Shown piece after piece: positions 1-10,752 of a stretch of 64,000 nucleotides of DNA. The DNA comes from Balanoglossus misakiensis (Eukaryota; Animalia; Hemichordata). The notes under the pieces are model-generated. The model was given only the letters and a program-made list of their open reading frames with translations. It did not search any database and was not told the DNA's origin. The translations under genes were made by a program, and so were the position numbers. Positions within the stretch are counted from its first letter, which is position 1. Every line of letters begins with the position of its first letter. The stretch is from contig CM082595.2 in assembly GCA_040954595.2 (NCBI GenBank), positions 6,164,137 through 6,228,136 of the forward strand, written 5' to 3'.

Positions 1-999
1 ACATTGATTGCATTTCCGATTTTTGGGGTACCGCAACCAAATAACGTAACCGAATTTCAGAATAATAAAACGCCAGCTTATGATTATCGCCCACAGTTCA
101 AGAGTTCTTACACAGCCAGTGTACATCATATATCTTTTTGGGCAAAACACGTGTCTATTTCGCCCGGTCATGTCAACTTATAAATACAAATTTAGTTATA
201 TTTGTATAATTTTACATACAAACAAATCTTTCAATCAATACATTTCTTCTTAAAAATATACTTCGTTATTCTACAATGAAAAGTCTCACTTGCTTTGTTA
301 TTACTTTCACTGTATTTCGAAACACGAATTTTGTATATTATCTATAACGTTTTTACAGATTGGCACGACTTTTGGCTCCGCATTTTTCACACATTTATAT
401 GATGTGCAGTTTGATAATTCAGTAATCTTAATGTTAAATTGCGCAACTTTCTTCAATTTCCCCATAATCTACTCCCCTGTCTTAAAAGGATTTAAACTCG
501 CCGGTTGATCTTTTATAAAATAATACCTGGTTTCAAGTACATTTTATATAAAATTAAATTAAACTTAAGTTACTCCTGTTCTATTAAAAAATATTAAGTA
601 ACGTTTAAATTTTGCCTAATGTGGTATCACGATTAAAAAATCCGTATTCATCAATTAAATTAAGCGCCCAAGCTAGTTTTTTTTCTTTTAATACTGATAT
701 AGACTTGCATATTACCTTCTAACTGAGAACAAAAAATGTTTTTATTGATGAGGATACTGTTGAAGTGCGATACTAGTTAGTTTATTATGTCAATAGTAAT
801 ACATGGTGGAGAAAGTATACGTATTGTATGCAGTTGAAATTCGCAAACTTTTTTTTTTTTCAAGAAAAAATACTCGGTCAGATGACCAGGTTGATCAGCT
901 AAATGACAAGAATAATATATGCATGCTGTTGCCAGAATAACCACCAAATATTTATGCATAATATCGAATAAAGATTGAATTGTCGATCGGCTACTGAGG

Positions 1000-1149
1000 C
1001 GACTGCACATGCGCAGCCACTGTTTACGCGCAGCTAGTTGCCAGTCGAGTCGCCCCGTGTAACTGTTCGATGTAGCGTCGCGACTGGCGTTGCGCGTCGA
1101 GTTGCCCACCGAGTTGCCTACCGAGTTGCCTCGTGTAACTCGGCCTTAA
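1000..1149. mobile_element. Possible terminus of a DNA transposon with subterminal repeats
   Basis: GC-rich patch with repeated cgagttgcc and cgtgtaact, ending in cgtgtaactcggccttaa. No partner end is visible in the window. Confidence 0.3.
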
Positions 1150-1612
1150 CTGCTACAATGTATATTATTCCAAAAAATATGGTTGCTACTTTGTATTACA
1201 CTGTAGTATAACTGCTACAATGTACATCATTGCAAACAATATGGTTGTTACTTTGTATTACACTGTAGTATAACTGCTACAATGTACATCATTGCAAACA
1301 ATGGCATAGTTACTTTGTATTACACTGTAGTATAACTGCTACAATGTACATCTTGGCAAACAATGGCACTTTTACTTTGTATTACACTGTAGTATAACTG
1401 CTACAATGTACATCATTGCAAACAATGGCATGGTTACTTTGTATTACACTGTAGTATAACTGCTACAATGTACTTCTTGGCAAACAATGGCATAGTTACT
1501 TTGTATTACACTGTAGTATAACTGCTACAATGTACATCATTGCAAACAGTGGCATAGTTACTTTGTATTACACTGTAGCATAACAGCTACACATCTTGGC
1601 AAACAGTGCATA
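1147..1612. repeat. 62-bp tandem minisatellite, about 7.5 copies, downstream of the GNAT gene
   Basis: The unit aactgctacaatgtacatcattgcaaacaatggcatagttactttgtattacactgtagtat recurs at 1148, 1210, 1272, 1334, 1396, 1458, 1520 and 1582 (partial). Confidence 0.95.
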
Positions 1613-1687
1613 GTTGGCAAATACAGAGTTTACAAACATACATACATGTATGCTTAAGTTTACAGTGTAAATACATTGTAATTACTT

Positions 1688-2365
1688 TTAATCCAAGTCT
1701 CTCAGCTTATAAGTGTACACTTTTGTGTACAGTCTAAAGAACGGGAAGAAAGACATCATTTTACATGATTTCACTTTGAAACCTGACCTTTCCAGCACAC
1801 GCTGGGCAGCAACTTGAGATTCACTGGCACTGCACATAATTTTCTCATACGGATTACTCAGGCCGAACCGTATTGCTGCCGCCACCAGCATGGCACCGAT
1901 CCCGGATCGCCGATGGAAGCGGGAAACGCTCAGTGTTTGCAGTTCGAGGGTCAGAGGGTCCACTTTCATGGGGCTGACCGAGACGGTCCCGACGACTTCG
2001 CCGTCCTCCTCGGCGACGAACATCTGGGCCTTGCGGTTGTCGATGTAGGTGCGCTTGATGTCCCGCAGGTCGGTCATCATCCGACGCTTGGCGTAGGCGG
2101 CGCTCTTTATGTACCCGACCACGTACATCACGGCGACGGTGGCGACGATCACCGAGCCGGATATGACAAAGGACCGGAACACAGCCCAGGCCATGAACGC
2201 CACCAGTGTGATGTATACCCTGGCCGACTGGCGGTGCAGAAAGACATGGAAGATGTCTTGCGAGTTGTCGATGCAGCCATCTCGAAATACTTTCAGGGCT
2301 GCGTGGATGTCTCGTCTTTCGCAGGGCCTTACCTTTATCCCAGGGTCAGTTGCATGGGAAAACAT
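1688..2365 (-). CDS. NAT8/camello-like GNAT N-acetyltransferase, 225 aa, single coding exon
   Basis: N-terminal hydrophobic membrane segment, then FVAEEDGEVVGTV, an acetyl-CoA motif (LSVSRFHRRSGIGAMLV) and AAQRVLERSGF. Confidence 0.85.
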   Translation of the reverse strand: MFSHATDPGIKVRPCERRDIHAALKVFRDGCIDNSQDIFHVFLHRQSARVYITLVAFMAWAVFRSFVISGSVIVATVAVMYVVGYIKSAAYAKRRMMTDLRDIKRTYIDNRKAQMFVAEEDGEVVGTVSVSPMKVDPLTLELQTLSVSRFHRRSGIGAMLVAAAIRFGLSNPYEKIMCSASESQVAAQRVLERSGFKVKSCKMMSFFPFFRLYTKVYTYKLRDLD

Positions 2366-3291
2366 TGCTGGTTTGATTCCAACTCTAAATCAAGAAACAG
2401 AACATAATAAATTTGATAACATATCACAACATTGTAAACTCCAGTCCTGTCACAATTTTGATTACGTAGCTGAGGTATCGTGTCGTCTTGATCGTGTCTT
2501 GAACAAATACACGCTATAAACCCGGCCCACAGGGACGACTGCCCAATACAATCATTCGCAGATCTCACATTCTCAGCTGCCATACGCGAAACTACAACCA
2601 CGCATAGATCATGTAGGTCGGTAGCATTATTGCACGTCGCACCCAACAAAGGGCTTTGATTGTCTAACCCCTCCAGCACTATGGTTCGGTCCAAATTCAT
2701 TGTTTTCTACGGTAATTTTGGACCTCTAAAGAGGGAAGTGGGGTGAAAGGGTTTGCATTGGGGGTTCCTAACTTGCAAGGGATTATCGCCTCCGAGACGG
2801 CGTTGACTTGCAATCGTCTATCTGCAGTCATTGGATGATATATTTTACACTGGTATGATTGATTATGATACTCACTAGTCCACCTTGGAGGTGATCTCGA
2901 CTAGGCCACAATCTTTGACGCCTGTGGCTAAACCATAAACATGTTAGTTTGCAGAGAGCCTCATCGAGTCGACCCACATACACAGTGCACCTCGCATGAA
3001 GGGGTCAAAGTTCGACTATGCCTCCCTAAGCCACTTACGATTGTTTCCGATTGTTTACTGGTATTATAAAACTTTTCACGGCGAAGTGAATGTTTATATC
3101 AATTTAAATTAATGATTCTAAAAAAATAATCAACCGAGATACCGTACAAATGCAACTCTAGCGAAAAAGCGACACATTATTCGTACAGTTTCAAAGTTCT
3201 GACCCCCTAGCACAGTACGTTCGGCTCTACTCGTTGTGTGTTCGGCTTTTGTCGACGTGTCCATTTCCTTTTCTCACTCAAAGCGATCAAG

Positions 3292-6145
3292 ATGGCAGGC
3301 GGTAGCAAAAAACTTACCAAAGAAGAGGAGCTTTTGCTGCAGGATTTCAGCAGAAATGTCAGCACAAAGTCATCAGCGTTGTTCTACGGCAACGCGTTCA
3401 TCGTGTCAGCTATCCCAATATGTAAGTTTTGCCCAATTCATTGTGTATTTACACCAGAAGTGTTATTTGATGCACACATACTCGGCGAGGTCACGGGGCC
3501 ATTGCATTGTACAGTTACTAACAGCTGATTGTAAAAAACACGGCGATCTAACCAAAATGGCCCGACATTCCTAATACACGATCTCACGATTCTGACGACT
3601 GGTTTAGAAATATTGATCATAACAACTGTGTGCACGAACTGGCCGATTTTCAATGATTTCGTTTAGGAAGCACACAAACATTACACACTGGCTTGTGACC
3701 CAGATGGCCGGGTCATGCGGTACTCACACACATGATAGAGTAGGCACTATCATGGTCCCAACTTTGAGTGTGGTGGTGTGTACATTTGTACATGGTTTGT
3801 GTGCCTACAATCCCCTTCCACCAGTTCTACACTGTACAACAACTTCTGAAACATGGTTACCATGTTACAAAGTATTATTACATACTGAGATAACAAGATT
3901 AAGTGAACCAGGAAATTACAAATATCTTTACAGCTGTACACAGTCAGTAACTTTATATCATTGTATATGTAGCTTGGTATTGCACATATTTGTGAAAAAA
4001 AAACATTATTTTATACACACTTATTCAACGGTTTTCCTTGAAAGTTAAAACAGTATTATATTTTTAATTTTCTGCCCTCATAATCATATTGAACATTTTG
4101 CATGTATTAGAGTTGCATGCCCACATTGTCCTCCCCCCACCATGGAAAACAAGATTAACACCTTTTTGAATTTAATTTTAACCACATGTCTGCATTTTGT
4201 TAAACAATAGGAAGCAACCCCATTACAATGAATGGTGAGAACATGTTACAGCTGCAGACATAAAAATGATGGTACAATTCTGGACCTTTGTTTGTTGAGA
4301 CATTAGCATGCACACACCAGCCTCTAAAATTGTGGATAATTCAGTTATTACTCTACATGTTTCATGTCTAGTAAATATTTCATGTTTTTTTTCCCTAGGG
4401 GTTTTCTGGCGTATTCATCAGATGGATCTTTTCCAGTCAGGAATCCTCTTTGGAATCATGACGCTAGTCAGCACATATCTTGTTGCTTTTGCATACAAAA
4501 ATGTCAAATTTGTTCTCAAACACAAGTAAGTACTTTTGTGGTATATTTAGACTTTGCATTGTTCCCCACATGAGATTGTAGATAGGGAAATATATACAAT
4601 AGGTGTGTCAAAATAAGATGTGAAAATTTTGTTTTAGTCGGCCCAGAGGTTCCGGAGATTTTTTCCGGTGTGTACTTCAATAAGCATTCAGAATTTACTT
4701 TGCATGACATGTAACAAAATTGCATAGGCAATTGAAAGCATGTAATAGAACACCACTATATTGCTACAAAAGTTTTATCTATCATGTTGCCAGAGTGAAA
4801 ATTGCAACACTTCCATGCATAAATGTTGCAAAGTTAGTTGCTTTTTTAGTTTGCAAGTCTTGCTCAATACAATTTGCATAATTATGGTCAGAAATGCATG
4901 AAATGCACAGGATTTTGCATTGACGGAACCTCTGATGGCCTATTTAATTTCTCTGTAAAATAGGAAACAAATATTACATCACTCAAGAAGCATGTTGCCT
5001 CAGAGTCTGAGCGCGAGTCCTTTGCTCAAATTTGTAGTTTCTGATTTTTTTTCGTTCTGTAGAATCGCCTTGAAAAGGGAGGAGGCAGTTTCCAGAGAAG
5101 TCATGAAGAAACTGTCGGATGCTGACTCCAAAAAGATGTCACGCAAAGAAAAGGATGAAAGGTAAAAGGAACTGGCCAGTTTTGACTTGAAATAAATTTT
5201 GTTATAATTGTTAAACAATTCTTCAGAATTCAACTTTGCACAATGTACAAAAGGTCAACACTGGTGAAATGTGTATATTCAAGTACCCTTAGCTTGTACA
5301 CCCAGGTTATTTTCAAGGACTCGCAGAAAATTGATGTGGACGACAATTTGTTTAGTAAAATTATCTAAAGCAATCAGCTTTGGCATGCTACATTACCAGG
5401 CGGTCGTACGTCTTGTCTGTGCTTCTGAGGTAATTATTTGTGAAAAGAAGTTGCTGACACAGAAATTTTTTATTCTTTCTTTTTTTCCCTCTCCACAGAA
5501 TCTTGTGGCAGAAGAATGAGGTAGCTGACTATGAGGCCACCACCTTCGCCATCTTTTACAACAACGCCTTGTATCTCTTCCTGATAATCCTGGCATCGTT
5601 CTACTTCCTCAAGTCGTTCAATCCCACTGTGTATCCTTTTAATACAAATCATAATCCTTCACTTAGGCTCCACCCAAGATTAGGCACAAGCTGCACGGAA
5701 GTAAATGTACTAACTAATTTTTTTATCAACAGTCAAAAACAAACACTGAAAGAAACAAGAAGAAAAACCATATGTTATCCAGACTTCAATTAATGCTTAG
5801 TAATAAGAATGTATCACGCTAAACAAAATCCAATCCAATCATTTCCATTATGTCAACACATGTTTTGTGAGATTTGCACTATTTATACAATAACTGTTTC
5901 CAATCAAATGAGACTGACAACAATGTATACGATCACTCTGTTTCGTATCAGCTACATGATGATGGTCAGTACAGTCCTATGCAGCTCAAACCATTTCCAC
6001 TGTATCTATACTGTACATATAAAACATACCCTCTCTTTTCAGTATTCCCTGATATTCCTTGACTGATTGCTCTCACAGAAATTACGTTCTCTCCATAGCC
6101 ATGGCAGGAGGATTACTGGCATTGTTCTCAACTGGCACAAAATAA
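3292..6145 (+). CDS. SSR3: Translocon-associated protein gamma (TRAP-gamma), 184 aa, 5 exons
   Basis: Exons 3292-3421, 4399-4525, 5063-5161, 5499-5630 and 6079-6145 join in frame (555 nt). Protein: [42 protein letters not shown]...[15 protein letters not shown]...[17 protein letters not shown]...[26 protein letters not shown]. Confidence 0.97.
4644..4934. mobile_element. Putative hAT-like MITE in SSR3 intron 2
   Basis: Perfect 11-bp inverted termini CAGAGGTTCCG / CGGAACCTCTG. No clean TSD. Confidence 0.4.
5631..6078 (+). other. U12-type (minor spliceosome) GT-AG intron, SSR3 intron 4
   Basis: 5' splice site GTATCCTTTT. Branch point TTCCTTGAC at 6055-6063, close to the 3' AG at 6077-6078. 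Confidence 0.93.
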
Positions 6146-6348
6146 TATTTTTGCAACAAAAAAAGTTTAAGAATATCTCCAAGGAAACAAGACAGTCTTT
6201 GTTAGCTTTTTACATGTCAGTTGTAATTGTCATACTGTAATGAAATAAAACATGTTTATTCCACCCAGAAGGAATATAAAACAAAGCGATGTGGAATTGA
6301 ATTTGTATCACTTCAGGGCGATTCATACATATATACATATAAAAACAT

Positions 6349-6350
<2 letters not shown>

Positions 6351-6380
<30 letters not shown>

Positions 6381-6417
6381 CATACATCATACATACATAC
6401 ATACATACATACATACA
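6351..6417. repeat. (TACA)n microsatellite
   Basis: Visible directly in the sequence. Confidence 0.95.
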
Positions 6418-6571
6418 AAATATGCGGTTCGACTGGTCCAATAATACAAAGTGCTCGATACTAAATGAGTGACTCGCCCAACACCATTGTAGAGATTATA
6501 CCGCATATCGTTGCTCCAGCTACCCTTACTTTACATACATATACATACATGTAAATCAAACTGCACAAGTA

Positions 6572-7209
6572 TCACGGTAACGGAATTCAGTTATTGATAT
6601 TTGTCATATCATTAGCTTTACACCCCTGGTCATAACTAACTCTTGCAATTGTCATTATTATCACTGCTGTGATCATTAGGGAGGTTAATGGAATTAAATT
6701 TCCATCTGCCATCGTACTGATCCTATAAAACTTCTATGTGTTTTTAAAATAACAGATGGAAATGACGGTTAATGGATGAATCGATGACTTTCTGGTTACT
6801 GCAGGTAATTGCCGTAACAACTGATTGCTAGCTAAGTAATAAGGCCAGAGAGAAAGATCCAGTCCTGTACAGGCACTCCGGCAAACATTGAAACTAGAAT
6901 GCGTGAAGAGTTTAACCTGTTTGCCAGTTAACACGATGTGTCATGTATTGTTTTTCCTGTGTCACATGAGAACGCCCTCCTATATAGACTAATTCGCATT
7001 AGAGATCTCGCCGGTGCATACTGATCATTTCCCTCACTACACACATACCATGGTAACGGTATTTAATTATTATTTGTCATGACATTATAGCCTTACACTC
7101 CTGGTCATAAATAAGTCATGCAATTTTCATAGTCATCACTGCTATAAACATTGGGGAGGTTGACGAAATAGAATTTCCATCTGTCCATTGCTCTAATCCT
7201 ATAAAACTT
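6572..7209 (+). promoter_or_regulatory. Duplicated ~165-bp TATA-containing promoter block upstream of the secreted peptide gene
   Basis: About 6572-6733 and 7048-7209 are diverged direct copies, both ending aatttccatctg...tcctataaaactt. The second copy is followed by a short non-coding exon with donor AG|GTAAGC at 7300/7301. Confidence 0.65.
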
Positions 7210-7872
7210 AGTCGGTGAGGTACTGTTAAAACAAAACGCTGGATATCAAGACCAACGATCTTTGCCGCCATTGAAGAGAATAGGACTATATAAAAGTTAG
7301 GTAAGCATTCAACTACAAATCACTTTTCATCTTTGTGTTTTTCGTAGAAAGCAACGTCAACAGTTTCCTAAAGTTGGTCGGAATAGAAATAGCAAAGTCT
7401 GTGCTCAATATTGCAATTATCTGTCTCACCTAGCATGAAATGCAAATGTCTATCGCAGGTGTCACATGGCAGATCTATTCTAGCCATGCTACACTAAACA
7501 GTCAGTCTTCAGTAGAACTGTGCATTTTGAAAAAAAAAATGGAAGAAACCTGATTACGCGACACGTGGTAGACGAATTTACTAAAATGTAAGAAGTTAAA
7601 CTTGAACGACGCGACATAGGCCTACATCTGAAGCCAAAGAAAAAGTGAATGTGTACTGCAATGCAACAGAAATTACTAAAGCTTCGAGAGGCACGTCGCC
7701 ATCTGTTTCATGAACGGTTACACGTTTATCTGTGTCTCTCTCAGTGTCGTGTTATCACTTCGCAGATGGTGTAGTCTTCAGACCTATTTCAAATAGCAGA
7801 TAGCAACTCACTTTATGTTTTGAGTTTATCGTCTTCTCTGCTTCTCTCCTGCAGAGCGTGTACCAGACAAGT

Positions 7873-9496
7873 ATGAATCTAAAACTCTTGACTCTTGCGA
7901 TGGTTTTCCTGGTCATTTCGGTGCAACATGCGTATGCCAAAAAGAAACCTGTGACATGGTGGGTAGGACAAGCCAATGTCTTGTGGCGTGTTTATTTTTT
8001 AATAAGTTATTAAAGGGACAAAGTCTCTCTCACTCTCGCTGCCCTTTTTCTATTAATTATGTTTGATACAAGACACCATTTATGTTAAGGTACACGTGTA
8101 TACATGTATGTGGTGAATGAATGTTCAACCACACACAACTTCCATCCCGCTTGTATGATACGAAAGTAATAACTCGCCCAAAATGAATAAATGGTAGAGA
8201 CCCATTCATTTTGGCGAGTTTTTCACTCCCTTGTCTGCAAGCGGGAAATTGTGTGTGGTCGAACGTTGATTCACTAAATATCCACGTGTACATTAACATC
8301 AACGGTGTCTTGTATCAAACATAGTTTATAATGGAAAAAGGGGCAGCCAGAGAGAGACTTTGACCCTTTATGCAGGTGGCAACAGAGTCACTGAAAACAC
8401 AGCTTCTTCTTTGAGTTGTTCGTGTTTCAATTTGACTGGACACTTCGGACATATGGCGCATTACGATTTCATACTATACCTTTCGTATACTTGTAGTATC
8501 AACTTGTAGATGCATAGAATGATTTGGCCATCAACAGGCAAAGTGAATTTACCCTGGTAACTTTCGTAAACCGGAAAGTATCCAATCTTGCATTAGGCCT
8601 GTATTATTAATTGTTTGCGCATTACATGTATTGGTCGTCATTTATACTGAAATAAATCAAATGAAATCAAACTGATTTTTTTCACAGCAAAGGCAGCTGG
8701 TTTCAAGCTCAAAACAATCCAATGTGCCAAACAGGCACTATTGGAATACTTAAAAGAACAATGGATACAGGGTAAGGCATTCTATACCAGCTAAATAATC
8801 AATCAATCAATCAATCAATCAATCAACCAACCAATCAATCAATCAATCAAAATTGATCAAGCTTGCTATCAACCATTTAGTTAGTAAATTGGTCATGAAG
8901 TACACTAGCTGTTGGTTTATTATAAAGGGCGAATTGACTTTACAGATACATGTGTACATCGACCCTACTACCCACTGGCAGGTCACAATACATAGTTACA
9001 TGACAGCATTGAAATATTTTTTATGACCGATTCTCACAATCAGGCGTATAACGAGGTTTTCTATCGGTGAGATATTATAAAGAAAATTAATTTTCAATCA
9101 AAGATAAACAAACTTAGATACTCTTTCCTTTTCGCGTTACATTCGTGAGAGTAGGAGTGAAAGCACTACCTTTTAAAGTACTCGGTTAATTTGATCTTAA
9201 TATTTTGCATGACATCATAATCAGGTCGACAAATACGAAAGAACCGCTTATTGGAGCAAGGTCACCATATCTGACTTGACACCACTTATCCGCGTTGCCT
9301 GTCTTTAATTTGCAATTTTAGAAATGATGACGAGAGAGTCCAAGAGACCAGTTTGGCCGATGAAGAAGTGAATGTCGACGAAAACGACCAGATTTCTGAT
9401 GAAGAATTATTTGAACTACTTCTCGACCAGATTTCTGATGAAGAATATTATGAACTACTTCTCGAAGTGTTCGGTGATGCAGAGGGCGAGCCTTAG
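7873..9496 (+). CDS. Secreted prepropeptide, 114 aa: signal peptide, cationic 2-Cys peptide, KR, acidic propiece (antimicrobial-peptide- or neuropeptide-like precursor)
   Basis: Exons 7873-7958, 8688-8771 and 9322-9496 join in frame (345 nt) with GT-AG boundaries. Protein: MNLKLLTLAMVFLVISVQHAYA / KKKPVTCKGSWFQAQNNPMCQTGTIGIL / KR / TMDTGNDDERVQETSLADEEVNVDENDQISDEELFELLLDQISDEEYYELLLEVFGDAEGEP. Confidence 0.8.
8010..8371. mobile_element. Fold-back MITE (whole element is a near-palindrome), TTAA/AGG ends, Kolobok-like
   Basis: Termini ttaaagggacaaagtctctctc ... gagagagactttgacccttta. Internal arms also pair: tatgtttgatacaagacacc/ggtgtcttgtatcaaacata, gtacacgtg/cacgtgtac, aactcgcc(c)aaaatgaat/attcattttggcgagtt. 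Confidence 0.85.
8797..8849. repeat. (ATCA)n microsatellite
   Basis: Visible directly in the sequence. Confidence 0.9.
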
Positions 9497-10752
9497 ATCG
9501 TGTGGTGAGAATTGATATTTCATTCCTACTTGTTATTGCATTATTATGTCGAAATGGCAGTGAAATTCGATTTCTAATGTGACAAAACGATAACTATTCA
9601 CTTCATTTGAGAGCAAGTAGTACGTTGTTTTAGTGATGATGGTGATGATTTTGGTGGTGGTGGTTGTTGTTATCGATGTTGTGGTGATGGTGATTGAGAT
9701 CATCATTCTACAATTATTGTCGATTTTAGCATTTTATTTCTCATATTTTAACACGATTACCAAAGCTTTTAAAATGGGTTCTTGCTGATGCTTACACCTT
9801 AGGTTTGTTTTCGTCTTCCAGATCTTTTCAAGTAGACTTCTGTTTTCTGGTGGTGAAATTGAGATGTTTGAAGCGATAAACGAAACAAGAATGGGCTAAA
9901 CACAAACCGGCTTCAAATGATACTGTATGCTGTATCTGTATTTTAGTTCCTATGCTATATTGTAGTTTTTACCAGGCAGACAAAAGGTGGTTTTATTCAA
10001 AACAGATGACACAGGCTTATTCCTCAGAAACGGGTTACTTATGCTTCAAAGAGTAAGAATCCTCAAGTTTAAAGTACTTTTACTAGAAAAATGATTACAC
10101 AAAATATACAATCTGATGTGTTTTAACTGTCCTGTCATATAATGATTCTAGTAATTCGATCAACTTGACAATGGGACGATTTTACATTTGATTCGAATAA
10201 ATGTAGAAAATACTTCAATGTAAAATTCGTCTGTAAAGATTTCAAGGCTCTTGGATTCAGATATGCTTTAGACATATTAACAATGAATTGTCTATACATG
10301 ATTCATTAAACTAAACAATGGTGTCTACGTACATAATTAGTTAAGAAAGTCTCGAAAAATCCTATTTACTGTCGAGAATACCAGTTTTTTGGTTAATCAA
10401 TGCTTTATTTGGTAAATCCAATGACTATCTACTGTCTATGATCGATCAATGGTCAGCATAAATATTTTTGGCTTTTCCCGACATCCGTATAAAATGAAAT
10501 ACCTAATTTCCATAATAGATAAAAACATGGAAAATAATGCACGAACGTTTTACTATTGTCTTTCACTATCGGAGCATTTCCAGTTAAATATGGTAACACG
10601 TGAATGGACGAAATACGACCATTTATTGTGGAGTGTGAGTAGTGACAAGTGATCAGAAAGATTCTCGGTACTTCTTATTACAATCTTGGTGAAACCGAAC
10701 AGTGACTATCAAAATCAAATTGAGATCTTCCTGAGTGAGTTTGGCCAGACAG

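Noticed and set aside
1147-1612. 62-bp repeats as a CRISPR array or coding repeat
   Set aside because: The whole unit is repeated with no spacers and no open frame. It is an ordinary minisatellite.
1814-2519. Plus-strand ORFs of 197 aa and 136 aa over the GNAT gene
   Set aside because: They are antisense shadows of a GC-rich coding region, with no motifs.
7873-9496. Naming the secreted peptide as somatostatin-, orexin- or MCH-like
   Set aside because: The resemblance is only superficial (CK..W loop, GIL end). Cys spacing, position in the precursor and lack of an amidation Gly do not fit.
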